DNA of 64,000 nucleotides from Camelus dromedarius (lineage: Eukaryota), in contig NC_087437.1 in assembly GCF_036321535.1 (NCBI RefSeq), positions 101,496,001 to 101,560,000 of the forward strand, written 5' to 3'. Below the pieces are notes generated by a model. It ran no database searches. It worked only from the letters and a program-made list of their open reading frames with translations, and was not told the origin of the DNA. The position numbers and the translations under genes were made by a program. Positions 13,428 to 25,924 of the stretch are shown one piece after another. The stretch's first letter is position 1. Each line of letters begins with the position of its first letter.

Positions 13428-15354
13428 AAGGGTTGGCTACATGATTTGCAGGACCCAGGGCGAAATGAAAGTGCAGGGTCTCTTCAATATTTTTAAAAAA
13501 TCTATTAAAACTGCTGAAATACCAAGCTGCTCCTTAAAAATAAAATATGGTGTTATTTATAAAATCTAATAGGAGTAATAGTGATATATGAGTAACAAAT
13601 GTTGTTACTAATTGAAAAATAATAGTTTTGGTTTATAATTTTGTATGAGAAATAACATTTTTAAATGTGATATCTTGATCAATCAGAAGATTTTTCTGGC
13701 TTAATGGTCTGCAAATTCATTTATCAGATCATTAACATTTATATGTTTAGCAATTGTACTTTCAACTGATACAATTCAAAGTGACATCAGTTGTTTTTGG
13801 CAAACAGAATCTTGAAAAAAATATTTGATACTTTATTTTTTGAGAAGGATCTTCCTGCTGATACAACTCTTACTAGAGTTGAGAGTATTTTATACCTGGT
13901 GACAGCATTCAAATAAATTCTGATAATTTATTTTGAAATATAAATTTTAGCCCACCAAAAGCTGATGATTCTCATGGAACAGTCCTTCTAAGAGAATTCA
14001 TTTATCATACATACCAGTTTCATGTCAGCCTGAATTTAATTTTTGATGTAAATTTATACAATGACATTTTAATGTTTCCTCTGACATTTCCTGTAACCTG
14101 TGGAGGTTATACAAGAAACCAAAAGTGACTTCCTGACTTGAGTATAATTCAAAATGCTGGTTAATGGATTTTATTACTGTATCTTCAATCACAAAGAAAA
14201 TTTAATTTTAAAACCCCCTTCTTCCTTAGTTATTTTTTCATCTAAGCATCTTAATAAAAATAGTGTTCTTTTCTATTTAACTGGCTGATCTTTAATTTCT
14301 AGCTCTAAGCCAGAAGACATTTGCTTTGCAATGTGGCAACAGTTTTCAAAACCACAGCTTCTAAATTTGTTGAAGAAATCTAAAAACTGCCTGATATGAT
14401 TTTTGGCATTGTCCTATGAATGTTTTTATTTTGTAAATATTTATGACAGTATTTACTGTTTAAGCATGGTCGTATCTATTTTTGCACTGAGGCCAGAGTT
14501 AACATTTGTTCAGACACTTCAAGGACAATTCAAGGGACAGAGTGTCCCAGCACCACCTGCTTGCAAAACCTGTCCCCTCTCCAGCAGCTACTGCAGCCAA
14601 TCTGAGCACCAGTGTTGTCCCAGCAGCCACTGAGCTCTGGGTGACTCAGGCTGCCCGGAGGCTGCCTGGAAGCATGTGCCTACACAAGGGATCTCAAGGC
14701 CAATCGTCTTGTCTCCGGTAGCCTGCTGGCCTTCCTGCCCGAGCCACTCCCACCATATCTCAGCTGCTCATGCACACGCTCCATTTTGCCACTGTACTTC
14801 ATATTATAGACTCAATTCTCTTGCCTCAAAATTCATATGTTGAAAGTCTAAACCCTGATGCTTCAGATGTGACTGTATTTGGGCTTTTAATGACTTTAAA
14901 GAGGTAATTAATGTAAAATGATGTCCTATGGGTGTGCCCTGACTCAATCTAACTCGTGTCCTTATAAGAAGAGAAAATTAAGATACTCAAATTGACACCA
15001 GAGGCATGAACACAAAGCAGAAACACTGTGGGAGGATACCACATGGAAGTGGCCACCTGCAAGTCAAGGAGAGAGGCTTCAGGATAAACCAATCCTGCTG
15101 AAACTTTGATCTTGGACTCCCAGCTTCCAGAACTCTGAGAGAACAAATTTCTGTTGTTTAAGCCCCCAGTCTCTGGTATTTTGATATGTAGTATTCATTT
15201 GCCCTAGAAAATAAATACACATTATTTATAAAACACATGTTCAAAGATAAAATAATTAAAAAGGTTAAGACATTGAAACAACAATACACCAAGTGAGCAT
15301 TAAACCAAACTGGCTGTGAGTTTGCCTGTGACGGGAGGTGACGGTTGGGTCCTG
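13428..15354. mobile_element. hAT (Tip100/MER45R/Zaphod-like) DNA transposon with transposase remnant
   Basis: MER45-type end AGGGTTGGCTACATGATTTGCAGGACCCAGGGCGAAATGAAAGTG. The minus strand at ~13838-13915 translates to YLNAVTRYKILSTLVRVVSAGRSFSK, a decayed hAT C-terminal dimerisation motif (ASAERSFSK type). Interrupted by an MLT1 LTR. Confidence 0.8.
14802..15219 (+). mobile_element. MaLR solo LTR (MLT1B-like) nested in the hAT element
   Basis: AAAATTCATATGTTGAA..GTGACTGTATTTGG..GTGTCCTTATAAGAAGAG..CTTGGACTCCCAGCTTCCAGAACT..AAATTTCTGTTGTTTAAGCC..AATACA. Confidence 0.88.
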
Positions 15355-16959
15355 CCTCCACCAGAGCTATTCCCTGCACATGACAATGTAAATTCTATGC
15401 CCCAATCCCAATGGGTACCTTCATTCCTTATCCTAAATATTGTTCTGAGGGTCAATTCCTTGGCTCTATCTTCAATTTGACATCTTTCTGCAAAGTTCCA
15501 AGCTAGTTTTATTGCTTCCATTACCCCTTACGTGCTAATCAGATTAAAGCCAGCTCTTCACATCTGCACGCGTAACAGGCATCTCAATTACATCCCCACA
15601 CATTCTAACTGAGAGTCTAAAAATGAACATATTATTATTCAAAACAAAGGCATTTTGCCCCTGTTTGCATAAGAAATAACTAACTTTTAAATATTATTAT
15701 TTAATGCATCTTACAAGAAGTTCCTTTCTTTTTCTTTCTTTCTTCCTTTTTTTCTCCCTTTCTTTCACTTCTGCCCGCCTGAATGAAACGGAGCAAAGTG
15801 TTTCTCTTCCTATAGGACAAGATTTTCCTCTCTTTGGAAACTGCTATCATAATTCCCTTCTTTTGTCCTGGCTAAATAACCCCAAATGATAGGATGAAGA
15901 TAGTATTTGGGAAAGATCTGAATGAATTGGGGGCAGATAAGACGAGAGGTGGCAGACCAGTGAGGACTAGTGGCTAGCGTAATCCACTGAAGAGACGCAC
16001 TTAAATGAAGCTATGAACATGAAACGGGTAAATCTGAGAGATAGTTTTCTCAGGATTGACTGTTTTACATGCAATATTCCATTTAATTCCACAATCCTGT
16101 AAGGAAATTACTAATAATACTCCCATTTTAAAGGTCATATAGCTATAGATCAGAGATACTAGAAACTAGCCCAAGGTTAGACAGCTAACACAAAGTTGAA
16201 ATTTGGATCCAAAAGTAAATTGATTTCAGTATACCAGGTCTGTGTCATTATATTTTCCCTTTACCATAAATAGTGAAAAGGAAACACAGCATTCCTAATT
16301 GCCAAGCCAGGAGACTAAGACGCCACCCTTTCTTCACGCCTTCACATCCAACCAGGCACCAGAACCTATTTTCTAACTTCTACATGGGTCTTAAATCCAA
16401 CCTCTTACCATTTCCACTTCTGCTGCTTACTGCTTCTCACCTTTTCATGTCTCAGTGACTGCAAAGAGCTAACCACTTGTCCTCTTCAGTTATAAAACCA
16501 TTCCTAGATTTGTATCAATATAAGCCTAATGCAGATCAGATCCAAATAAGCAAAGATTTCAGCACAGCTACGAGGTGTGTTGTGATCCAGTTTTGCTGAC
16601 CTGCCCAGCGCATCCTTAGCATCACCTCTCCATGCCCCGACCTCACTTTATGCTCTGTGATGCCCTTGTGCATCTTTAACTCTGCATAAGCTGCTTCTTC
16701 CTTCCGTGGGCTCCATGCCTTCCATATCTCCCATGTCCGGACAGCTTATGCATCACCTTCAAACCATCTTTCTTAATTCTCCTCCCTGTCAAGCCTGAGT
16801 TAGTGTCTGTGCTTTAGTATCTACAGCATTTAGAGAACATCAGGATATTCATGGGGATCTTCCTTTCCTTGAATGGTTCAGTGTCTCTGACACCTGCAGG
16901 GAAAGGGCTTTTCGCTCGTTTGCTTGCCTAACTTTAGAAATAGCACATCCGAATGTTGA

Positions 16960-17170
16960 AATCATCGGCTCTGGAAACAGGATGTGTGGTCAGATCCTAA
17001 CTCTGACATGTCACACCTGTATATTGATACTGCACAAGTCATCGTAATGTTGCCGTGCCTTGGCTTCCTCTTACATAGGGAAACATGCTTCAGAGGGTTC
17101 TTGTACTATGTTACTATAAAGAACTTCAGAACAGTATCTTGAATAATTTAAGCTCCCAATAAATGATACC
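16960..17170 (+). mobile_element. MIR SINE remnant
   Basis: GGCTCTGGAAACAG..GATCCTAACTCTG..CCTTGGCTTCCTC..CAGAGGGTTCTTGT..CAATAAATG follows the MIR layout. Confidence 0.6.
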
Positions 17171-17829
17171 TTTGTATACATATATATATATCTTTACTCC
17201 ATAGCATAGTACTTATAGTGTACAGAAGGAGCTAGATACTCTATAAACTCTTCTTGATTAAATTAACATGAGAAAACACTCAAAGAAAATGACTTGTTTG
17301 TTTATCTTATCATTCCCTTTAGGTATAACCACATAAAATGGCTTCTTGGTGTAGTTAGACTCCTGGCAAAATACTCAAGAGTTAAACAGATACAAGAGAA
17401 ATATAACAGAACAATTGGGATTATTCATTTGGCTCTGGGCCGTAGAAACCAAAATGTGGAGATGCTGGTGCTCAATGACAGGAAAATACCATTAGCAAGC
17501 AAAAGAAAGTATCTCTCCCCTGGGGAGGTGTCTGTGGAACAGAACATTTTGCAGTGAATTCTTGATTACCGTATTTTTTCCTCTCTCCTAGGCTATCTTC
17601 TTGTCATATTTTTGCAAAATAGGAAATTTCAATTAACCTCAAACAGCTTTGAATTTTTAAGTCATGTAATAAATGTTACACTCAAATTTAATTTTTATTG
17701 TGCAAAAAAACATGTTGTTTGCCACTTATGGCATTAGTATATGCTTATTATAATTATAATAGTGTCAAATAAGAGGGTTGATACCAGTTATTTATAACCT
17801 TGATAATACAAAAAAGAAAAAAAATGACT

Positions 17830-18200
17830 CCAAATATCGTGCTGTAAAAGGATGTCTATTAGAAGACAATTTGTAGTCTTTAGATGGGACAGTTTATCTC
17901 TACCCAAGTGGTTCTTAAACCCTTTCAAGTAAACAAGACTTAGCTTGTTTCCATGGTAATGGGGCACTTTTCCAATAACTGAGCAGAAGTGTGCAAGTCT
18001 TAACTGATGATCAGGCTTCAAATGGGCACAACGCCACTCCCAGTTCTACTGGTTGAAGTAAGTGATGAGGCCAATGAAGATTTAATAGTTAAGAAAAAAA
18101 TTATACCTTTTATAACAGAAGTTGTTTCATTGTCATATTTCAAATGTCATCTGTTCAAAGAATGGTGAAAAATTGGGGATATTTCTCAATCAGTCCACCT
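17830..18200 (-). mobile_element. Old MLT1-class LTR remnant
   Basis: Degenerate MLT1 antisense motifs (CTACTGGTTGAAGTAAGTGATGAGGCCA; AAGAATGGTGAAAAATTGGGGATATTT). Confidence 0.45.
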
Positions 18201-18540
18201 TATCAGGCAATGTTAACCTAGAACATAATTATGGATGATTCTATGTCTAGTTGCTTATCTTTTGGAAGCTGAATAAGACAAGTCAAATGCCTCATGATAT
18301 GTCAGTTGCTCAGCATGTGGACCAATTAGACATTTTCTGTATCTCCATATTTAATAAGTACTCATATCATGTCCATAATTCTTCAAGTTAGAAGAAAGTT
18401 TTTTGGAGAGAAAAATTACAGTTTCAAAATTAATTTAAATCTATTTGTTAACAGTCCTCAAAAACAGTCAGAAATTTAGCCACAAAAATGAAATGTTTTT
18501 AATATATGCATTTATATCTTTCTTAGCATGATTGTCTTTA

Positions 18541-19027
18541 CAGCTCTTCCTCAACTTACGATGGGGTTACAACCTGATAAACCCGCCTTAAGTTGAAAAG
18601 ATCAAAAGCTGAAAATGCATTTAAAGCATCTAACCTACCAAACACCCCAGCTTAGCCTAGCCCACCTTAAACCTGCTCAGAACACTTACATTAGCCTTAA
18701 ACAAAGCCTTTCTTATAAAAAGTATTGAAAACCTCATGTAATTTATTGACTACCATACTGATAGCAAAAAGCCAGACTGGTTGTATGGGCACAGAGCAGT
18801 TGTAAGTATATTGGTTGTTTACCCTCGTGAACATATGGCTGACTGGGCACTGCAGTGTGCCACGGCTGCCCGGTGCCAGGAGAGAAGATCAAACAGCATT
18901 TTGCTAGCTTGGGAAAAAAATAAAAATTCAAAATCTGAAGTATGGTTTCTACTGAATATATATTGCTTTTGCACCATGGTAAAGTCGAAAAATTGTAAGT
19001 CAAACTATTTTAAGTTCAGAAGCACAG
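18541..19027. mobile_element. TcMar-Tigger MITE (MER47/Tigger5-like)
   Basis: TA|CAGCTCTTCCTCAACTTACGATGGGGTTAC ... TTGCACCATGGTAAAGTCGAAAAATTGTAAGTC..CACAG|TA. TA target duplication on both sides. Confidence 0.88.
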
Positions 19028-19228
19028 TACTTTGTTACAAAACTATGAATTTCCTTTCTACATACCTGTTTTTTACAATGAAATTAAAATGTTCTTTGTA
19101 CATTAAAATGTTACTCTTCAACTTTCACTCAATTCAATCGTTAGGTAAAAATTTCATTAAGAATTATGGTTTATCTTTTCAGAATCAGTCTATAAGTAAT
19201 GCTTCCATATTGTACATGACAGTTTCTT

Positions 19229-19759
19229 TGTTTATTAAAGTGTAGTTGATTCACAATGCTGTGTTAATTTCTGATATATAGCAAAGTGGTTCAGTTTTAT
19301 ATATATATATATATGCATTATTTTTCATATTATTTTCCATTATGGTTTATTATAGAATTTTGAATATAGTTCCCTGTGCTATACAGTATAACCTTGTTTA
19401 CCTATTTTATATATAGTAGTTAGTATCTGCAGATCTCAAACTCTCAATTTATCTCTTCCCACCCCTTTCCCCCCGCCAGTAACCATAAGTTTGTTTTCTA
19501 TGTCTGTGAGTCTGTTTCTGTTTTGTAAATAAGTTCAGTTATATCATTATTTAGATTCCACATGTAAGTGATACCATATGGTATTTGTCTTTCTCTGACT
19601 TACTTCACTTAGTATTATAATCTCTATGACTGTCCATGTTGTTGCAAATGACATTATTTCATTCCTTTTTTTGGCTGAATAATATTCAATTGTGTATATA
19701 TACCACATATTCTTTATCCCTTCATCTGTTGATGCACTTTTATATTGCTTCCATGTCTT
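19229..19759 (-). mobile_element. 5'-truncated L1 (end of ORF2 plus 3' UTR)
   Basis: Reverse complement matches 52870-53390. Degenerate TSD TACATGACAGTTTCTT (19213-19228) / TACATGGCATTTCTT (19760-19774). (TA)n at ~19297-19314. Confidence 0.9.
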
Positions 19760-20759
19760 TACATGGCATTTCTTATACCCTTCTCATATAAACATTTTTG
19801 TTTAACCTTCATTGAAATGCATACAAAACTTAACTTATTTAAATTTTAGAACTTTGTGTCATGGCCTTAATATCTCCTTAAAATAGCTTTTCTTGTAAAC
19901 AGTAAGCAAAACTTCAATACACCAACTTACACAGACACTATAGTAATATATTTGGAAATACACATTATTAAGAAAAGTTTGCACTATACAGTCCTGTTTG
20001 GAGTTCCTTATCCTAAAAACTTTTCATTTAATAATTAAACCTATTTCTAGTTTTATATGGTCCAATTTATTGATGAATAAGTTAAACACATGAAGACATC
20101 CACTGAGTCTTTTCCTCTGGTAAGTAGGTGACACAGGGCTGTATTTATGCTGTTCACTGAGAAGTTCTATGTGTTTTCCGCTGGGAAGAGTACTGGCAAA
20201 CTCATCCTTGCTAAATCACCCTTGTGTGAAAAAGGCAGACACAGAGAGAAAACTAAGAATAGGATAAAGAAAGAAACAAAATCTGAATTTCATAGCAGTG
20301 CAGTATTAGCCTCTTCTCACCTTTCCTCTGCATCTTCCAACTTGACAATGGTCCAAGAAGCCTATCATAACACTTTGCCCACTTCCAGCTCTGCATCTTC
20401 ACTCCCAAGGGCATAGACTTGAGGGAACATTCAAACAGGGATGCCTATTAGTGAAGATACATCCTTAACTGCTTCTAAAAACCACACTATACTGTATTTT
20501 CTCTTAAAATCATGAGCATTTGGAGTCAGAAAAAAATGTTTTAATAATTTCTAGGTCCCAATATACATGTCCCATGACTCACAAAGTAGGGGATCAGTCA
20601 AAATTTTGCTAAACAAAGGACAATATATGTGAGAAACAAATCCACTGTAAATGCAAATAAGTGTGCTGCTCTACATGAAAATCTGTTCATGTCGCTGATG
20701 CGTGCAGGGAAAGAAACACGTTAAACAGAGTGGCGCTGAACTCTGAGAATTTTTCCCTA

Positions 20760-20995
20760 CCCATCTACTCCCCAGGTAGAAATAATCATTCTTTCCTTTA
20801 TAAAGAGCTGTCAACGTTCTCAGTTCATAGCATCTTATTAGAAGTAATTTACTGCACCTCTGTGTTTACCAGTCTGACTTCACCTTTTGGGCCATGAGTT
20901 CCTTGAGAACAGGAAATCTCTTTGACGTTTGCAGTATCTACACTACTGGGTATGTGGTCAATGTTTAAAAACCTGAATGGACGGATGGACGGATG
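20760..20995 (+). mobile_element. L2 3' end remnant
   Basis: TGAGTTCCTTGAGAACAGGAA..GTATCTACAC..TGTGGTCAATG..TGAATGGA tail, in the L2 3' terminus pattern. Confidence 0.6.
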
Positions 20996-22619
20996 GGAAG
21001 TGGGGGCTTCAAGGCCCCTTAAACTGCTCCTGTCTACACTCTTATTCATGTACTCCAACCTGGGAGAAGTCACTGATTTCAAAAATCTTTGATCCCTGGG
21101 GTTTAAATTAGTAGGTCTCAGATAGCTACATTTTGGAATCTTCTTTGAGCTTTTTGAGCAAAGCCATGTCTTATTCAAGTGTGTGGCCCCTTTATCTTAA
21201 GCCACTGTTTAGTTACATAGAAGGCTGATTCCCAAACTAAGACACAGTGTTTAATTATTTTACTTCTTTGATCATTTGTCATTTGATCAAAAATGACCAA
21301 GGATAGCACATCTGATGAGCATAGGTTTTATGTATCCTTGAATCTTGCAAATTTTATAGTCCCTCTGACCACCCACCCCTGAATGAGAAAAGTATTTTAT
21401 AATCTGACACCATAAAACATTCATCTGCCAGGATACAATGACATTTTAGCAGTGTCATTGAAAATCACTTTTATTCTGGTTAGAGACATTCCCGCTGGGA
21501 TTCCTTATTTCAGATACCATCATTTATTTTCTTTTCCCACAAACGTTTCCATTTTTTCAAATTCTCCTTTTTTTTTCTTTTATCTTGAAGCTTTAGTCTT
21601 CCAGATTAAAATCTAAGAGTGTGATGTTTGTATGTGTTTGTGTCTGTTTCTTAAGAATAGAATTCCCAGAACTTTGCTCTCTACTTCGTGTTGTGTTGCA
21701 TAAGAGGTTAGATGTTTGCTGAATAAATGAGAGATTGAAGTGCATTCATTATACCTTACAGATCTTCATCCCAAGGACCTGGTCCTATTTCAAATGAAAT
21801 GGAAACTGCTCTGGAGTTCCTGAGAATGGAGGCTTAACAGATCCATACCTGGGATCTCTGGGTCTTAGGTCAGTTATTCTATTTCCTTGTAGAATATTTT
21901 CATCATTTACATTTTTATATTAGAATCCTTTTGAGTCAATCTCCTTTTAGTAATATATTGCTTCAAACAATCAAATACAGAGTCAAGGAAGAATTAAAGT
22001 TATAATGAATGAAGGAAAATATTAACTGAAGTATTCAAAACTTTAGAAAAGGACGCTAAGAACTGAATTGCATCTTGATTGCTACATAAAAGGAGAAAAT
22101 AAATATAATAATAAAATCAACACATATACACGCACACACACAAATGAAGTCTACAAAAGCTCTCTTCCTCAGTGAAAGAAGCAAACTCTGTTTTTTATAT
22201 TTAAAAAAAAACAGTTTACCTATAATTATTGAATATCTTTCAATTAAACTGATAAAATTTCCCTCCTGGCTACCAATAATATTAAATTTGATAAAATCTT
22301 GAAGAGTTCTTTGGGGACTCATTATTGGATAGAAAGAAACAAATGCATACAGCTTCCCAATGTTCATACCAAGTTGCTTTATGAATGATGTAATATAATT
22401 TTAAACGTCTTTCACAAGAACACTGTTCTCAGCAAATGTTTTATCCGAAGTACAATGAATCAATGTGAAGTTACTTGAAGAGCAGTTGTTATCTAATAAC
22501 TTCTTGTCAAAAACTCAGATGGAAATTTTCTTGCACAGCAGTGAAAAATACAGCAACTTTTATTATCTATTATTTTACTCCAGAAAATCACTCTCTGTCT
22601 AATAAGAAAGCATTCTAAA

Positions 22620-22940
22620 GAAGACAAATGAACTTAAATATACAACAGAAACAGACTCACAGACATAGAATACAAATTTATGGTTGCCAGAGGGGAGGTG
22701 GGTGGGAAGGGACAGAATGGGAGTTCGAGACTGGTAGATACTGACAGGTGTATATAGAATAGATAAACAAGTTTACACTGTATAGCACAGGGAAATACAT
22801 GCAAGATCTTGTGGTATACTGCTCATGGGGAAAAAGAATATGAAAATGAATATATGTATATTCATGTATGACTGAAAAATTGTAATCTATGCCAGAAATT
22901 GACACAGCATTGTAAACTGACAATAATTCAATAAAAAAAA
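22620..22940 (+). mobile_element. L1 3' UTR fragment (younger camelid type)
   Basis: Similar to 47815-48090 (ACAGACTCACAGAC..CTGTATAGCACAGGGAAATA..GAAAAATTGT..TTGACACAGCATTGTAAA..CAATAAAAAAAA). Confidence 0.9.
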
Positions 22941-23509
22941 GAAAATATTTTACAATTAAAATATTTTATGACAGATAATTGATTACTTCAAAAGCATGTA
23001 TAAGTTGTGGGGAAAGAAAAAATTGTAATATTTTAAATATTTGGCATAATTCCTTTTTAAGCCTAAATATTAGAGATGATTCTAATGGGAACTCTAAAAA
23101 CCAGAAGTAATACAAATTTAGCTTCTTTTTTTTTTTTAAGAAACAAAATATGCTTTCTTAAGTGCTGTCAAAACAGTGATGCCAAAAGGACTGGTTACTT
23201 TTAAAATGATAAAATTGTTAGAAAATTACTGAGATTCATAGAGGCAAAAATAAGAACTTCATACTGAGGGCTGAGATGACACTGACAACACAAATATAAG
23301 GCCCTGAGCCAGGGACATACTGGGTTTTTTGAGTTAATATATCCTTAGTATTTTCATTTATACATTTAAAAAATAAAATACACTTTAGAAAATAAAATAC
23401 ATTGGCATGAGAATATAGGACTTTGATAAATAGTTATACCCTTAAATATAGCTTAACAGCATAATAAGTGATGAAAAAATATCAAGCATTTACTCTCATT
23501 GTACAATGA

Positions 23510-23930
23510 AATCAAGTGACTAGATCCCCATCCCATTTATTCTACTTGGCTTTCAGGAAAGTCTCACAGGAGGCATAGGAAGACTACATTTTCCAATCTC
23601 CCTTGCATTGAAGTTGGAGACTGATTAAGTCTAACCACTTAGATATGGGTAGAAGCTGGTACCCCAACTCCAGTTAAATCTAGCCCTGATCCCTAAGGTC
23701 TTCCTAAAATTCATGGGCTCTTTCTTTACCCCATCTTCATGGACTTAAAGGAAAGACTAGAGCTTAGCACAGCCACACAATTAAAGTAGCAAATACTATT
23801 GAGTTACCACTTGGCAGGGACTCTCCAGGAAAGACATCTGAAATGCTCTGTCAGCCCAACAAGAAACAGGAAAGCTGTTTATGCCTGAGATTTTAGATTA
23901 TTTAAGTAGCAGACAAGTGTTACACTAACA
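23510..23930 (+). mobile_element. Old MLT1 (H/I-like) LTR
   Basis: GACTACATTTTCCAATCTCCCTTGCA..GATATGGGTAGAAG..CTGAGATTTTAGATTATTT..CACTAACA. Confidence 0.6.
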
Positions 23931-24924
23931 GATGAGCAGTATCCTCCCCATTCAGCAATAATCATTACATCATATGTATTCTAGCAAGCATGAGACTAAA
24001 TTACATAAAACCTGGCATGCCCTCCAGATCCTTTCTGTTTGACAGTAACCAGTAAGCTATTTTCATATTTCTCTTTTTCAATGTTAATTTAATTTTTCCT
24101 GAGAGCGTGTGTTAAGAAATGATTGATTCTGTGGTCATAGTTAGATAATCAGTTTTTAATCACAATTTCATTGTCAAGGTGAAAGAGGAAGGTTTTCTTT
24201 TTTCTTCCTTTTAACCAAATGATTAAAAACCATCAGTGTCATAATCTCCTGGAAATAACCAACTCATCAGAACATACCCTGACAGTACATCCATTTTGGT
24301 GTCATATTTCTATCACTTTAAGTTACGACTGAAAAGTCATTAGAAAATTTATATTGTGCTTCCAACTAATAATTATGTGAATTTCATAGAGACTTCATTA
24401 GGCAACTCCGTTTCAAGAAGTATTACAGGTATTGGGGAACATATTCCTCACGGACCTAACTATGTAAGTAGATGTTAAATATAAACATTTAAGTCCAATT
24501 CAATTACAACATATCCCATAGCAGTAATTGGATTCATTTATAATGATTAGTCAGGGGAGGTATTATCCATATAAATAACTCAGTTCTGCTTAATCTTTGT
24601 AAATAGTGTGATATTATTTGAAACATCAAGAGTATTGTACTTACCAAATAATCAGAATAAACAGGTTTTAAAATGATTTCTGCTTCAAAATATTTGCTTA
24701 TATTCCTAATTTTTCTATTCTAGCATAAATAGGAGTTATTATTGTCTGGCAAGATGTATGACAACACAAAGACACAGGTGCAAATGCACAAATATATGTA
24801 TGTGTATAAATATACACGTGTACACACATACACACATATAATACATGCACATATGCACCCACATCCTCTCACCATATTACACACACATGCACGCACATTT
24901 ACAGATACGAGCTAGATACAATTA

Positions 24925-25040
24925 CATATTCTACAAATGAGAAAACTGAGGCACAGGAAAGCAAAGCTCTCACACACCAGTCTATCAGAACAAAGTTTCA
25001 AACCCAAGTCTGCATCCTGAGCTCTTCATCGCTATGCTAA
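24925..25040 (-). mobile_element. MIR core fragment
   Basis: ATTCTACAAATGAGAAAACTGAGGCACAG..TTCAAACCCAAGTCTG, the MIR core. Confidence 0.75.
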
Positions 25041-25924
25041 CATTTTATTTACCCTAAGTTTTAATACTGTCTTTCCATCTGTAGAATCAGGAAACCCAAA
25101 TCCTTTTAGTGTTACTCCATGAACTATGTGACATCAAACAACAGATACATTTTCTCTCTGGCTCAGCTTCATCAAAAATAGAATTTAGGTAACTGTACAA
25201 CAGGAATGTTATTGATTAATTATCTATCAATGCATTATTTATTTAAATAATGCATCCTTTTATTTTCAAGGTAAAATATATATGGAATCTCAACAGAGAA
25301 AATAGAGAAAAGATATATCTATAGAGAGAGAGATAGGTATACATAATATTTTTGGTAGGAAACTTGTTCTACCAAATTAATACCCTTAGCACCCTGGCCC
25401 TACACCTGGACTTGGAAAGCTCAGTAAACACTAAAGCGAAGACTTATATAATGCTTTCCGTGTGTCCTACGTGGTGGATGGAGGGATGGATGGATGGATA
25501 GATGATAGGATGATAGGCAAGTAGATAAAAAGACAGATCTAATCCTAACAAAATTCTGTAATAAAAAAATCACATGGTACAAATCACATTGCACAAATAA
25601 AAATTTGAAGTGATATGATTTATCAAAGATCACATACTCCATAAGAGTTAGTGCTAGGAGTAGAAGCTGAGAAATACACTTTCAGGGTCCACTCTAACTA
25701 TTCTACTATATTGGAATTTGTCTTTCTTGTCATCACTCCACTTTCAACTCGGTTTAAGGTGTCCTTTGTAAATACAGTTTTATTTAATATGAAGTAACCA
25801 AATCATCAGTCCCATCACTTACTGCTTTAGAATTTTTAAATCTTGCTTAGGGTAGGCATTCCACACCACAGGATTAAAAAAAATCAGTTAGTCTCCTAAA
25901 ATTTTGAGCCCTTTAGTGTTTGCT

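Noticed and set aside
18781..19245. 154-aa ORF
   Set aside because: Spans a MER47-like MITE, AT-rich flank and an L1 tail; non-ATG start.
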